Assembly: GCA_964584165.1 (NCBI GenBank) | Contig: CAZOYW010000002.1 | Span: 35,488-99,487 of the forward strand | Origin: an uncultured bacterium | GTDB lineage: Bacteria; Auribacterota; Erginobacteria; Erginobacterales; CAZKCI01 | Length of the DNA: 64,000 nucleotides | Direction: 5' to 3' | Shown: one piece after another, positions 42,559 through 53,761 of the stretch | Layout of the letters: each line of letters begins with the position of its first letter | Position numbering within the stretch: the stretch's first letter is position 1 | Made by a program: the position numbers and the translations under genes | The notes under the pieces: generated by a model | What the model was told of the DNA's origin: nothing | Database searches by the model: none | The model's input: only the letters and a program-made list of their open reading frames with translations

Positions 42559-45170
42559 TCGCCGCCCGCCTTTCTTTTCTCCTCGGCCTCGCCCTCGTCT
42601 GCCCGGGCGGGGAGGCCGCGGGGGAGATCGCCTTCACCGCTCCCCCCGCCGCCCGCACCGTCCTCCCCAACGGCCTGACCGTGGTCGTCCGGGAGGACCG
42701 CGACCTGCCGGTCGCGGCCGTCCAGCTCTGGGTGCGGGCGGGATCCGTCTTCGAGGGCGTTCGGCTCGGCGCCGGCCTCTCCCACCTCGTCGAGCACCTC
42801 GCCTTCAAGGGAACGGCGGGGGCGGGCCAGGAGGAGATTCCCCGGAAGATCCAGGCCCTGGGGGGAGAGATCAACGCCTTCACCTCCCTCGACCACACCG
42901 TCTTCGACCTGAAGGTCCCCTCCGCCCGCCTCCGCCCCGCCCTCGCCCTCCTCCGGGACCTCGTTCTCGCGGTCGCCTTCGAGCCCGATGAGATCGCCCG
43001 GGAGAAGGAGGTCGTCCTCAAGGAGATGAACATGAACCGGGACGACCCGGACCGGCGGGTCTCCGAGCTTTTCTGGGCGACCGCTTTCCAGGTCCACCCC
43101 TACCGCTTCCCGGTCATCGGTTATCCCCGGATCCTGGAGGACCTCTCCGTCGAGGACGTGGTCTCCTACTACCGGACCTGGTACGTCCCGAACAACATGG
43201 TCCTCGCCCTCTCCGGCGATCTCTCCGCCGCCGAGGCCTTCGCCCTGGCGGAGGAGACCTTCCGGAACGACCCGCGGAAGCCCTACCCGCTCGCCTCCCT
43301 CCCCGAGGAGCCCCCCCAGCTCGTCGCCCGGGAGGCCGAGGAGACGATGGCGGTGGCCTCCGCCCGCCTCCAAGTCGGCTTCCACACCGTCAGCCTCTAC
43401 CACCCCGATCTCTACCCGCTGGACGTCCTGGCCATCCTGCTCGGGCAGGGGCGCTCCTCGATCCTCTGGCAGGAGCTTCGGGAGAAGCGGGAACTCGTCC
43501 ACGCGATCAGCGCCTCCTCCTACACGCCCTCCTATCCCGGGGTTTTCGTCGTTTCCGTCGAGCTCGATGACTCCGATCTCCCCGCGGCCCGCGCGGCGAT
43601 CGGGGAGATCCTGGGGCGGGTACGGGCGGGGGAGCTTCTGACCGCGGAAGGGTTGGAGAAGGCTCGCCGCCAGGTCCTGAGCGACTACGTGGGCTCGCTC
43701 CAGACCGTGGAGGGCGAGGCCCACGATCTCGGCTCCAGCCTCCTCCTCACCGGCTCTCCGGATTTCTCCCGGAGATACGTGGAGGGGATCGGCGCCGTCA
43801 CCCTTCCGGACCTCGCCCGGGTGGCGGCCCGCTATCTCGTCGACGACAACATGACCACGGCGGTCGTCCGCCCCCGTCCGGCCGCCCCGCCCAAGGCGGC
43901 GGCGACGCCGGCCGGGAAGGGGGAGATCCTCAAGCGGGTCCTCCCCAACGGGCTCACGGTCCTCGTCCGGTCCGAGCCCCGCCTCCCCCTGGTCTCGCTG
44001 CGCATCTTCTTCCGGGGCGGCGTGCTGGCCGAGACCGAGAAAAACAACGGGCTCGGCAACCTGCTCGCCCGGATGCTCCTCCAGGGGACGGCCGGACGAA
44101 GCGCCCGCCGGATCGCCGACGAGGTCGAGGGGAAGGGGGGATCGATCGGGTCCTACTCCGGGCACAACAGCTTCGGGGTTTCGGTCTCCGTCCTCTCCGA
44201 CGAGCTCAATCCGGGGCTGGACCTCCTGGCCGACGTTTGCCTTCACCCGACCTTCCCCCCCGAGGAGATCGAGAAGGAGCGGGCGGTGATCCTCTCCGAG
44301 ATCGCCGCGGAGCGCGACCAGCCGGAGACGATCGCCGGCCTCCTCGCCCGGGAGGCGATCTTCGGCTCCCATCCCTACCGCTACCGGGCGGTGGGGACGG
44401 AGGCGGCGGTCTTGCGGCTCGGGCGGGCCGACCTGGAGGAATGGCACCGGAGGTACTGCTGCGGCCGTAACGGGGTCCTCGCCGTCTTCGGCGACGTCGA
44501 TCCGGAGCGGGCCTTCGCCCTGGCGGAGAAGGCCTTCGCCGGTCTCCCGGCGGGGGAGGAGGCCGCCCTGGCCGGGCGCTTCCCCCGTTCCGTCCCGCTC
44601 TCGTCGCGCCGGGTCGAGTCCAAGCCGGGAGCGGCCCAGGCCGTCCTGATGGTCGGCTTTCCGGGCGTGGACGTGAAGAGCCCCGACCGCTATCCCCTGG
44701 AGGTCTTGAGCGGGATCTTCACGGGACTCGGCTCTACCCTCTTCATGCGGGTGCGGGACGAGCTGGGGCTCGCCTACTACCTGGGGGCGCACGAGATCCT
44801 CGGCCTCGACCCCGGAGCCTACATCTTCTACGCCGGGACGGTCCCGGGGAAGACCGAGACGGCGCTCGGGGAGATCCGCTCCGAGATCCGCCGGGTGCAG
44901 GAGGGCGGGGTCACGGAGGAAGAGCTCAAGCGCAACCAGGACCGCCTGATCGGCCGCCGCGAATTCAGCCTCCAGTCGAACGACGGTCTCGCCTTCGCCG
45001 CCGCCCTGGACGAGCTCTACGGCCTGGGCTACGACAACTACCGGGAGTACGAGGGGGAGATCAGGAAGGTCAACGCGGCCGATCTTCAGCGCGTGGCCCG
45101 GGAGTACCTGCGCTCCGACCGCTGCGCCGTGGTGATCGTGCAGCCGGATGAAAAAACAAGTGATCAGTAA
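42555..45170 (+). CDS. Fused tandem M16-family zinc peptidase (insulinase/PqqL-like, ~870 aa)
   Basis: Signal peptide. GLSHLVEHLAFKGT is the inverted HxxEH zinc motif in the first half. The second half is an inactive-type M16 repeat (NLLARMLLQGTAGRSA). Confidence 0.8.
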   Translation: MIAARLSFLLGLALVCPGGEAAGEIAFTAPPAARTVLPNGLTVVVREDRDLPVAAVQLWVRAGSVFEGVRLGAGLSHLVEHLAFKGTAGAGQEEIPRKIQALGGEINAFTSLDHTVFDLKVPSARLRPALALLRDLVLAVAFEPDEIAREKEVVLKEMNMNRDDPDRRVSELFWATAFQVHPYRFPVIGYPRILEDLSVEDVVSYYRTWYVPNNMVLALSGDLSAAEAFALAEETFRNDPRKPYPLASLPEEPPQLVAREAEETMAVASARLQVGFHTVSLYHPDLYPLDVLAILLGQGRSSILWQELREKRELVHAISASSYTPSYPGVFVVSVELDDSDLPAARAAIGEILGRVRAGELLTAEGLEKARRQVLSDYVGSLQTVEGEAHDLGSSLLLTGSPDFSRRYVEGIGAVTLPDLARVAARYLVDDNMTTAVVRPRPAAPPKAAATPAGKGEILKRVLPNGLTVLVRSEPRLPLVSLRIFFRGGVLAETEKNNGLGNLLARMLLQGTAGRSARRIADEVEGKGGSIGSYSGHNSFGVSVSVLSDELNPGLDLLADVCLHPTFPPEEIEKERAVILSEIAAERDQPETIAGLLAREAIFGSHPYRYRAVGTEAAVLRLGRADLEEWHRRYCCGRNGVLAVFGDVDPERAFALAEKAFAGLPAGEEAALAGRFPRSVPLSSRRVESKPGAAQAVLMVGFPGVDVKSPDRYPLEVLSGIFTGLGSTLFMRVRDELGLAYYLGAHEILGLDPGAYIFYAGTVPGKTETALGEIRSEIRRVQEGGVTEEELKRNQDRLIGRREFSLQSNDGLAFAAALDELYGLGYDNYREYEGEIRKVNAADLQRVAREYLRSDRCAVVIVQPDEKTSDQ

Positions 45171-45257
45171 TCAGTGATCAGCAGCGGGCAAACAGAGGCA
45201 TCGTTTTCTCGCTGATCACTGGTCGCTGATCACTGATCGCTGATCACTGATCACTGG
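45159..45257. repeat. Second compound TGATCAG 7-mer inverted repeat, between the M16 peptidase stop and the DUF1844 gene
   Basis: gtgatcagtaatcagtgatcagca-N33-gctgatcactggtcgctgatcactgatcgctgatcactgatcac. Confidence 0.8.
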
Positions 45258-45276
45258 ACAGGAAAGGAGGAGCCGC

Positions 45277-45654
45277 ATGAGCGATCCCAAGAACGGCGAC
45301 ACCGAAAAGATGGACTCCGTCCGCTTCGTTTCCCTCGTCTCCATGTTCGCGGCTTCGGCCTACCAGAGCATGGGGAAGCTCGCCAATCCCCTGACCGGGA
45401 AGGCGGAGCGGAACCTGGAGGCGGCCGAGGGTTTCATCGAGATCCTGATCATGCTCCGCCGGAAAACCCGCTCCCACCTCTCCGCCGAGGAGGAGAAGAT
45501 GCTTGACGCGGCCATCGGCGACCTGCAGATGAACTTCGTCCAGGAGAAGGCCAAGCCCTCTCCGGCGGCTCCGCCGGAGCAACCCGCGGGGACGGAGGCG
45601 AAGGCCGAGAAGGGTCCGGCGGCGGGCGGGGGGGAGGAGAAGAAACAGATCTGA
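45277..45654 (+). CDS. DUF1844-domain protein
   Basis: FVSLVSMFAASAYQSMGKLANPLTGKAERNLEAAEGFIEILIMLRRKTRSHLSAEEEKMLDAAIGDLQMNFV fits the DUF1844 consensus. Confidence 0.55.
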   Translation: MSDPKNGDTEKMDSVRFVSLVSMFAASAYQSMGKLANPLTGKAERNLEAAEGFIEILIMLRRKTRSHLSAEEEKMLDAAIGDLQMNFVQEKAKPSPAAPPEQPAGTEAKAEKGPAAGGGEEKKQI

Positions 45655-45801
45655 TCATATCTCATTTGTCATTGGTCAACTGTCAACCGGCCGGAGGGTC
45701 TCCGCGCATAGTCGTTGACGAAATCGGGGACCTGGAGATAATCAGCCTTCGCTTCCGGGATATTCTATGTTCAGGAGAAAGATCATGGGATTCGCTGTGA
45801 T

Positions 45802-45825
45802 CAAAATATTTCCGGAGGGAATATT

Positions 45826-45828
<3 letters not shown>
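45802..45828 (+). promoter_or_regulatory. Second AT-rich hairpin enclosing the SD: caaaatatttcc-GGA-gggaatattttg, ending in the TTG start codon of the next gene
   Basis: Read directly. 11 of 12 positions in the arms are complementary. Confidence 0.7.
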
Positions 45829-47565
<1,737 letters not shown>

Positions 47566-47655
47566 GCCACCGAAGGCAAATTCATGCAAGAAAACCCATG
47601 GGAAAACCATCCTTATATATGAAAGCCGTTGTAGATCGGCGAAAGGAGGGTTCCC

Positions 47656-47937
47656 ATGAGCACTATTCAATGTTCCAAATTCAATCTCAGCGAGAGGTTC
47701 TTCCTCTTCGCCCTGGAAATTGTCAAGTTGGTACGATCCTTGCCCAACGATCCAGCCGCCCGGGAGATTGGGAAGCAATTGATCCGCGCCGGGACTTCGA
47801 TCGCTGCCAACTACGAAGAAGCCCTCGGTTCCTTCAGTAGGAAAGATTTCACCTATAAATTAAGTACCGCTTCTGCCTTCTCACTTCTAACTTCATATTT
47901 CTCACTTCTCATTTCTCACTTATGCCGAAGGCATTGA
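47656..47937 (+). pseudogene. Truncated four-helix-bundle protein gene ('23S rRNA intervening-sequence protein' family) bracketed by the inverted 7-mer repeats
   Basis: FNLSERFFLFALEIVKLVRSLPNDPAAREIGKQLIRAGTSIAANYEEALGSFSRKDFTYKLSTA matches helices 1-3 of the family. The expected fourth helix is replaced by repeat-encoded SAFSLLTSYFSLLISHL. Confidence 0.6.
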
Positions 47938-48881
47938 TCACCGGCGTCGCCGGCTTCGCGGGCTCCCACCTGGCGGACCTCCTCCTGAAGAAGGGGTGGG
48001 ACGTCGGCGGGATCGACCGCGGGCGGATGCCCGCCGCCAATGTCCGCCGGATCGCCCACCGCCTCGAGCTCAGCGAGGTGGACATCCTCGACCACGCCGC
48101 GGTGGAGAAGACCCTCTCCGCTTTCCGCCCCGACGCGGTCTTCCACCTGGCCGGGGTCGCCTACGTCCCCCACGCCCAATACAACCCTTCCTTCGTCTTC
48201 AACATCAACGCCACCGGGACGCTCAACCTTCTCCAGGCCTGCCAGAAGACGGTCCCGGGCGCGAGGGTGGTCCTGATCAGCTCCTCCCAGGTCTACGGCC
48301 AGGTCCCGTCATCCCGGATGCCGCTCCGGGAGTCCAGTCCCGCCCGCCCCGCCAACGCCTACGGCCTCTCCAAGCTCTGCGCCGAGGAAGCCGGCCTCCT
48401 CTACCACCGCGAATACGGTCTCGCGGTGGTCGTCGTGCGCCCCTTCAACCACATCGGCCCCCGCCAGGCCCCGGTCTTCGTGGTGGCGGACTGGGCCCGC
48501 CAGATCGCCCGGATCGAGGCGGGCAAGCAAGAGCCCGTGCTCCGGGTCGGCGACCTCAGCTCGGGGCGGGATTTCCTGGACGTGCGGGACATGGTCGAGG
48601 GATACCGCCTGGCCCTGGAGAAGGGCCGCCCCGGCGCGGTCTATAATATCTGCTCGGGGCGTCCGCGCGGTGTGAAGGAGATCCTCTCCGGCCTGCTCGC
48701 GCAGACCCGGCGGAAAATCGCGGTCCGCGAGGAGGCCGGCCGCCTCCGCGCCGGCGACATCTCCCTCCTCTACGGCGACTGCGGGAAGTTCCGGGAGCGG
48801 ACGGGCTGGAAGCCCCGGATCGAGCTGGGGAAGAGCCTGCGGGACATCCTCGCCTACTGGCGGGAGCAGGAGCGATCCTAG
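47922..48881 (+). CDS. NAD-dependent epimerase/dehydratase; probable GDP-4-keto-6-deoxy-D-mannose reductase (Rmd-like)
   Basis: MPKALITGVAGFAGSHLADLLLKKGWDV ... YxxxK (YGLSK). It follows gmd. An Fcl assignment is not excluded. Confidence 0.6.
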   Translation: MPKALITGVAGFAGSHLADLLLKKGWDVGGIDRGRMPAANVRRIAHRLELSEVDILDHAAVEKTLSAFRPDAVFHLAGVAYVPHAQYNPSFVFNINATGTLNLLQACQKTVPGARVVLISSSQVYGQVPSSRMPLRESSPARPANAYGLSKLCAEEAGLLYHREYGLAVVVVRPFNHIGPRQAPVFVVADWARQIARIEAGKQEPVLRVGDLSSGRDFLDVRDMVEGYRLALEKGRPGAVYNICSGRPRGVKEILSGLLAQTRRKIAVREEAGRLRAGDISLLYGDCGKFRERTGWKPRIELGKSLRDILAYWREQERS

Positions 48882-48937
48882 AAACGAGGGACGGTGGCAA
48901 CTTGTCAACTATCAAGTTGACAAGTTGCCACCGTCCC

Positions 48938-50194
48938 TCATGCCTTTTTGAGCAGGCGCTTCAGGGCGGCGGCGGGGTTCCGGACCAGGTCCCGGTTCAC
49001 GCGCAGGCGCTTGACGGGGGAGGAGGGGAGCTCGTACTTGAAGTTCCTTAAGATCCGCTCGCAGACGGTGGAGAGCCCCCGGGCCCCCGTCTTCTCCCGG
49101 TGGGCCAACTTCGCGATCTCGGCCATCCCGTCCTCGGTGAAGGCGACCTCGATCCCGAAGGAGGCGAAGGAGGCTTGGTACTGGCGGAGGATCGACCCCT
49201 CGGATCGGGCGAGGATCTCCAGGAAGTCCTTCTCCGCGAGTTCCTCGCAGACCACCCGCACCGGGAGCCGCCCGATGAACTCGGGCTCCAGCCCGTACTT
49301 GATGAAGTCCTCGGTGGCGGCGCGCTGCAGGTACTCGAAGTGCCTCCGGGTCTCCCCCGCCTCCGCCCCGAACCCCAGCGTCCGCGCCGCCGTGCGCCGC
49401 TTCACCAACTCGGCGAGCTCCTCGAACGCCCCGCTGACGATGAAGAGGATGTGGCGGGTGTTGATCATCTTGGGCTGGATCTTCCCCTTCTGCTGGAACT
49501 CCAGCACCGCCTCGAGCTGGCCGGCCATGTCCATGGGGTCGCGCAGGGGAACGTCCGTCTCCTCCATCAGCTTGAGGAGGTTTCTCTGCACGCCCGCCCC
49601 GGAGACATCCCGCCCGGCGAGGTTGTAGGCGGAGGCGATCTTGTCCACCTCGTCGATGTAGACGATCCCGTACTGGGCGAGCGCGAGGTTACCCTCGGCG
49701 TGCTGGCAGAGCTCCCGGATCATGTCCTCCACGTTGCGCCCGACGTATCCGGTCTCGCTGTACTTGGTGGCGTCGGTCTTGACGAAGGGGACGCCGATCA
49801 AGCGGGCGATGCACTTGACCAGGTAGGTCTTGCCCACCCCGGTCGGACCGATCAGGAGGACGTTCTGCTTGGCGTAGTCGTATCCTGGCGCCCCCGCCTT
49901 GGCCCGCATCGCGTGCTGGTAGTGGTCGCAGACGGCGATGGAGAGCACCTTCTTCGCCTCCTCCTGGCGGATGACGAAGCGGTCGAGATACTCCTTGACC
50001 TGCTTGGGGGTGTAGTCGAAGGCGAGGGTGAAGGATTCAGCCCGGGGTTCCGCCCGGGGGCGGGGAGGGCGGACGACCGGCGGCTCGACGGCGATGATCG
50101 GCTGCCCGCCGTATTTTCGGCGGACGTAGTCGCTCAAGTCCTTGATCATCTCCTGCAGGTCGGGGGGATTTTTCGGCGGGGTGTCTTCAGGCAT
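48938..50194 (-). CDS. ClpX-like AAA+ ATPase lacking the N-terminal C4 zinc-binding domain
   Basis: YLDRFVIRQEEAKKVLSIAVCDHY ... NVLLIGPTGVGKTYLVKCIARLIGVPFVKTDATKYSETGYVGRNVEDMI parallels ClpX. The N-terminus is Pro-rich with no CxxC. ATG at 50194 has an AGAGG SD. Confidence 0.7.
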   Translation of the reverse strand: MPEDTPPKNPPDLQEMIKDLSDYVRRKYGGQPIIAVEPPVVRPPRPRAEPRAESFTLAFDYTPKQVKEYLDRFVIRQEEAKKVLSIAVCDHYQHAMRAKAGAPGYDYAKQNVLLIGPTGVGKTYLVKCIARLIGVPFVKTDATKYSETGYVGRNVEDMIRELCQHAEGNLALAQYGIVYIDEVDKIASAYNLAGRDVSGAGVQRNLLKLMEETDVPLRDPMDMAGQLEAVLEFQQKGKIQPKMINTRHILFIVSGAFEELAELVKRRTAARTLGFGAEAGETRRHFEYLQRAATEDFIKYGLEPEFIGRLPVRVVCEELAEKDFLEILARSEGSILRQYQASFASFGIEVAFTEDGMAEIAKLAHREKTGARGLSTVCERILRNFKYELPSSPVKRLRVNRDLVRNPAAALKRLLKKA

Positions 50195-50214
50195 GAGATT
50201 GCCTCTGTCCACTG

Positions 50215-50268
50215 CGATTCTAACCCGGTTTATTCATGAAAACCGTTGGTTTTTATGAATAAACCGGG
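50215..50268. terminator. ~50-bp near-perfect AT-rich palindrome between the amidohydrolase stop and the clpX-like start
   Basis: ctaacccggtttattcatgaaaacc-gtt-ggtttttatgaataaaccgggttag. Confidence 0.6.
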
Positions 50269-51087
50269 TTAGGAACCTTGCCCGTCGACGGTCGGCTCCA
50301 GGCCCAAAAGCCGCTCGGCGTTGCGGAAGAGGATCTTCTCCCGCCGGTCCTCGGGGAGATCCAGTTCCCTCCAGACCCGGAGTTCCTCCTTTTGATCGAG
50401 CCAGGGGGAGTCGGTCCCGAAAAGCAGGTAGTCCGGGGGGTGCTTCTCCAGGATCGCGCGGAAGACGGCTTCTTCCGCCTCCCGGGCGGCGAAGGAGGTC
50501 TCCAGGTAGATCGGCTTTCCGGCCAGCGTCTGGAGGACCTCCGGCCAGAGCTGCCAGCCGCCGAGGTGGGAGGCCACGATCTTCAGGGAGGGGAAGGCCT
50601 GGTGGACCCGGAGGATCCGGGAGGGGTCGGCCTGGTGGTTCCCCGGGAAGGCGATGTCGAAGCCGGCATGGAAGAGGAGGATCAGGCCGCTTCCGGCGAC
50701 CGCCTCGTAGAGCGGGAAGAGAGCGGGGTCGTCGATGGTGAATTCCTGGTACATCGGGTGGAGCTTGATCCCGGGGAACCCCTCCGCGGCTATCCTCTCG
50801 ATCTCCGGGACGGCGCGCGGGGAGCGGGGATGGACGGAGGGGAAGGGGATGATCCGGGGGCCCCGGATCAGGGACGACCAGCGGAGGATCTTCTCCGCCT
50901 GCTCGGGCTTGGTGGCGATGGAGGCGACGACCGCCGCGCCGATCCCGGCCCGGTTCATGGAGATCAGGAGGCCGCGGATCGTCGCGTCGTGGTAGGCCCG
51001 GTAGTCGCCGGAGTTGGCGCCTAAGGCGTTAAGCGCCCGCTCCGCCAGGCTGTCCGGGAAGGCGTGGGTGTGGAAGTCGATGACCAT
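50269..51087 (-). CDS. Amidohydrolase-family (TIM-barrel metal-dependent hydrolase, Amidohydro_2-like)
   Basis: MVIDFHTHAFPD ... LFHAG ... GTDSPW. Confidence 0.65.
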   Translation of the reverse strand: MVIDFHTHAFPDSLAERALNALGANSGDYRAYHDATIRGLLISMNRAGIGAAVVASIATKPEQAEKILRWSSLIRGPRIIPFPSVHPRSPRAVPEIERIAAEGFPGIKLHPMYQEFTIDDPALFPLYEAVAGSGLILLFHAGFDIAFPGNHQADPSRILRVHQAFPSLKIVASHLGGWQLWPEVLQTLAGKPIYLETSFAAREAEEAVFRAILEKHPPDYLLFGTDSPWLDQKEELRVWRELDLPEDRREKILFRNAERLLGLEPTVDGQGS

Positions 51088-51138
51088 ATAAAATATCCTT
51101 CGGAAATATAAATACGCTCCCCGACCGGAATGCGCGGT

Positions 51139-52659
51139 TCAGAGCCCGGTGGCCCAGTCGCGCGACCACTTAAGGATGCGGTCGAGAGGCGTGACCGGCC
51201 CGGCGGGAAGGGCGGCGAACCAGGCGTCGGCGATCCGCTGGGCGCCGGCCGGATAGCGGGGATGGATATGGTCCGAGATGTAGAGCTTGGAGTAGTCGCC
51301 GTAGTCGACCATCTTCTGCCAGGGGTCGGCGAGGCGGACCGCCTTGGCCGCGGCCAGGGGGCGGATGTAGCTCACGCTCAGCGTCCGGGAGCGCTGGCGG
51401 CAGACCTCGGTGTCGAAGCGGGGGACGATGGTGGCGAGGATCGGCTCCACCCCCTGGGCCAGGGAACGGTCGATCATCTCCCCGAGGTTCCACCGCGTGT
51501 CCGCGTAGTCGTCCCCGTCCGCGATGTCGTTGGTGCCGGCCATGAGCAGGAGCATCGTCGAGGGATAGCGGGCGAGGATGGAGTCGATGCCGGGGCAGTG
51601 ATGGACGTAGGGGTCGCCGTTCAGGAGGTGGTAGGTTCGCGTCCCGGGATAGCCCGCGTTCCAGATCGTGTAGAGGTTCCCGGGGTAGGCCTTCTCCAGC
51701 ATGGCGTTGAGGAGTGGGATGTAGCAGTCTCCCTTGTTGACGGTGCCCCAGGTGATGCTGTCCCCGTAGCCCGTGTAGTCGTGGTAGCTCGCCGCCCCCG
51801 CCGCCGGGAGCTCCTCGCCCGCGGCGGCGGCGGCCTGCCAGCGCCGGTTGTCCCAGGCCCCGGAGTCGTCCCGCCGGGCGCACCAGGCGCCCCGGGCGGC
51901 GAGTTCCGCCGAGGGGAGGGGGGGAGGGGGGAGGAGCCCTTCGAGGGAGCCGGCGGCCCCCGCCCAGAGAACGGAGGCTTTCCCGTCCGCCGCCCGGACG
52001 ACGGAGGGAAGGATGGCGTTGCTCCCCGGGGCGGAGGCGATGGCGGTCTCGCCCCAGGCGCCCTCGGCGCGGCGCCGCTCGTAGATGCGGGTCCGGCTGC
52101 CGTCCCAGCCCTGCCAGGCGGCCAGGAGCGCCCCGCCCGCGTCCGTTCCCAGGGCGGGCTTGGCGTCGGGCGAGTCGTCCGGGGAGGAGACCATCGTCTC
52201 CCCCGAGAAACCCTTCCCGTCGAAGCGGGCGCAGAAGATTTCGCTGCTCGCCCCGGCGCGGCGAGCATAGGCGATCCAGGGTACCCCCTCCCCGTCGAAG
52301 GCGAGCGCGGGGTTGGACTCCCAGCCCTCGCCCCCGGAAGCCCTCCGGGGCGGGGTGAAGCCGTCCCCCTCCCGCCGGCTGAAGTAGATCTGGGCGTCCG
52401 CGTCGTCTTTCTGGGCCGCCCAGACGATCCAGGGGTTCCCCCCGCTGTCAACCGCGACGCAGGGGAGGTAGTTGGCGGCGAAGCCGTCTCCGCCGTCGAA
52501 GGGCACGCTCTCCCAACCCTCACCGCCCGCCGTCCGGCTGAGGTGAATCGCCTTTCCCCCGGCCGCCGCATCGGACCAGGCGAGGTAGGCCTCTCCGGCC
52601 GCGGAGAAGGGAGGGAGGAGGAGAGACAGGGCCAGCAGGGTCGGGCAGGTGGTTTTCAT
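51139..52659 (-). CDS. Secreted protein: N-terminal beta-propeller-like repeats plus a C-terminal SGNH/GDSL hydrolase domain
   Basis: Signal peptide. Repeated GGEGWES / PWI(V/A)W(A/Y)A motifs. C-terminal YGDSITWG ... AGTNDI ... DHIHP. Confidence 0.6.
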   Translation of the reverse strand: MKTTCPTLLALSLLLPPFSAAGEAYLAWSDAAAGGKAIHLSRTAGGEGWESVPFDGGDGFAANYLPCVAVDSGGNPWIVWAAQKDDADAQIYFSRREGDGFTPPRRASGGEGWESNPALAFDGEGVPWIAYARRAGASSEIFCARFDGKGFSGETMVSSPDDSPDAKPALGTDAGGALLAAWQGWDGSRTRIYERRRAEGAWGETAIASAPGSNAILPSVVRAADGKASVLWAGAAGSLEGLLPPPPLPSAELAARGAWCARRDDSGAWDNRRWQAAAAAGEELPAAGAASYHDYTGYGDSITWGTVNKGDCYIPLLNAMLEKAYPGNLYTIWNAGYPGTRTYHLLNGDPYVHHCPGIDSILARYPSTMLLLMAGTNDIADGDDYADTRWNLGEMIDRSLAQGVEPILATIVPRFDTEVCRQRSRTLSVSYIRPLAAAKAVRLADPWQKMVDYGDYSKLYISDHIHPRYPAGAQRIADAWFAALPAGPVTPLDRILKWSRDWATGL

Positions 52660-52716
52660 GGACGAACATGTTAGATTCCGCTCTCCGCGCGGTCAATCAA
52701 AACCGTCCGCGGGAGG

Positions 52717-52790
52717 GTGATGGACGATATGGACGGGATGGACGGAATGGACTGAATTGATGGGATGGACCGAAGGACAAAACGGCGGAG
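52717..52790 (-). repeat. Second GTCCATNNC 9-bp-periodic array (x5-6, read on the minus strand), 60-130 bp upstream of the secreted SGNH gene; it encodes ...SIPSIQSIPSIPSISSI... in one frame
   Basis: The plus strand reads gatggacgatatggacgggatggacggaatggactgaattgatgggatggac. Confidence 0.7.
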
Positions 52791-52925
52791 CGCGCCGGCG
52801 GGATGAGGCGACCGGAGTGGAAGGGGCGAATGGGGGTTGAACGGCTGGCGCCGGAAAGGCGGATTAACATTGCCGGGGCCGCGGCGGGGTGGTAGTGTCT
52901 GGCGCAATCGATAGGAGAGAACATC

Positions 52926-53717
52926 GTGACCAGTTTCGTGCTCGTTGCCGCCCTGCTCATCCCCGGCCAGACCGTCGGCGCCGAGCCGTCACCCGCCCCG
53001 GCCGGAGAGACGATCCGGCTTTTCGCCGCCTCGCCGTCCCCCGCCGTCTCGCCGTCTCTCGCCGTCTCCCCGAAGTTGCGTCCTCAGCGCCCATACTCCG
53101 GCCTCCCCGCCGCGCCGCCGCCCGCTCCCGCGAAGAGTCCGGTCGCCGACCGCTGGCCGGTCGAGGTCGGCCTCAAGGGCGGTCTCTGCCGGGCCGGGAT
53201 CAGGGGCGACGGGACCGAGGGATGGGAGGATCGCGACGGCTTCTGCGGGGGAGGGTTTCTCTTCCTCCCCTTGAGCGACTACTTCGGCCTCCAGGCGGAG
53301 CTGCTCTACGTGAGCAAAGGAGCCGAATACAAGGAAGACTGGGGCGGGGCGGAACTCAAGACCACGCTCGACCTCGCCTACCTGGAGATCCCCCTCCTGG
53401 CCCGCCTGACCATCCCCACCGGCATCTCGCTCACCCCCTCCATTTTCGCCGGCCCCGTCCTCGGCCTCAAGGTCAAGGGCGACCAGAAGGCGGAATCCCG
53501 GGGGCGTTCGACATCGGAGGAGATCGAGGGGCTGAAATCCACCGACCTGGGGCTGACCCTGGGCGGGGGCCTGGACTTCGACACCGGCTACGGCAAAGCC
53601 CTCGTCGATCTCCGCTACGAGTTCGGCCTCACGGAGATCCTCGACGACGGGGGATCGGTCAAGAACGGCGCCTTCCTGGCCATGGTCGGATACTCCCTTA
53701 ATTTTTGGCCCTTTTAG
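52926..53717 (+). CDS. Outer-membrane beta-barrel protein (OmpA-like porin family, OMP_b-brl)
   Basis: Signal peptide, Pro/Ser-rich linker, alternating beta-strands, C-terminal ...SLNFWPF. GTG start with an AGGAGAG SD. Confidence 0.6.
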   Translation: MTSFVLVAALLIPGQTVGAEPSPAPAGETIRLFAASPSPAVSPSLAVSPKLRPQRPYSGLPAAPPPAPAKSPVADRWPVEVGLKGGLCRAGIRGDGTEGWEDRDGFCGGGFLFLPLSDYFGLQAELLYVSKGAEYKEDWGGAELKTTLDLAYLEIPLLARLTIPTGISLTPSIFAGPVLGLKVKGDQKAESRGRSTSEEIEGLKSTDLGLTLGGGLDFDTGYGKALVDLRYEFGLTEILDDGGSVKNGAFLAMVGYSLNFWPF

Positions 53718-53745
53718 CCCGACGGGCTAAAAGGGCCAAAAATTA
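53705..53745. terminator. Perfect bidirectional terminator hairpin ttggcccttttagcccg-acg-ggctaaaagggccaa
   Basis: Read directly. It lies between convergent genes. Confidence 0.7.
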
Positions 53746-53761
53746 AAACTCCGCAGGACCG

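Noticed and set aside
42555-45170. Calling the fused M16 peptidase PqqF/PqqL
   Set aside because: There is no PQQ operon. The fused double-M16 architecture is shared by many periplasmic peptidases. It is kept as a generic M16-family call.
52719-52754. Plus-strand micro-ORF MDDMDGMDGMD within the ATGGAC repeat (with GGAGGG 2 nt upstream)
   Set aside because: It is on the opposite strand to the consistent gene-facing orientation of the GTCCAT arrays. The SD spacing is too short. The (S-I-P)n frame on the other strand is the more parsimonious coding reading, if the repeat is coding at all.
53000-53110. Direct CGCCGTCTC-type repeats at the 5' end of the OMP gene
   Set aside because: They encode the low-complexity Ala/Ser/Pro linker (AASPSPAVSPSLAVSP) of the lipoprotein-like N-terminus. 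This is coding low complexity, not a DNA element.
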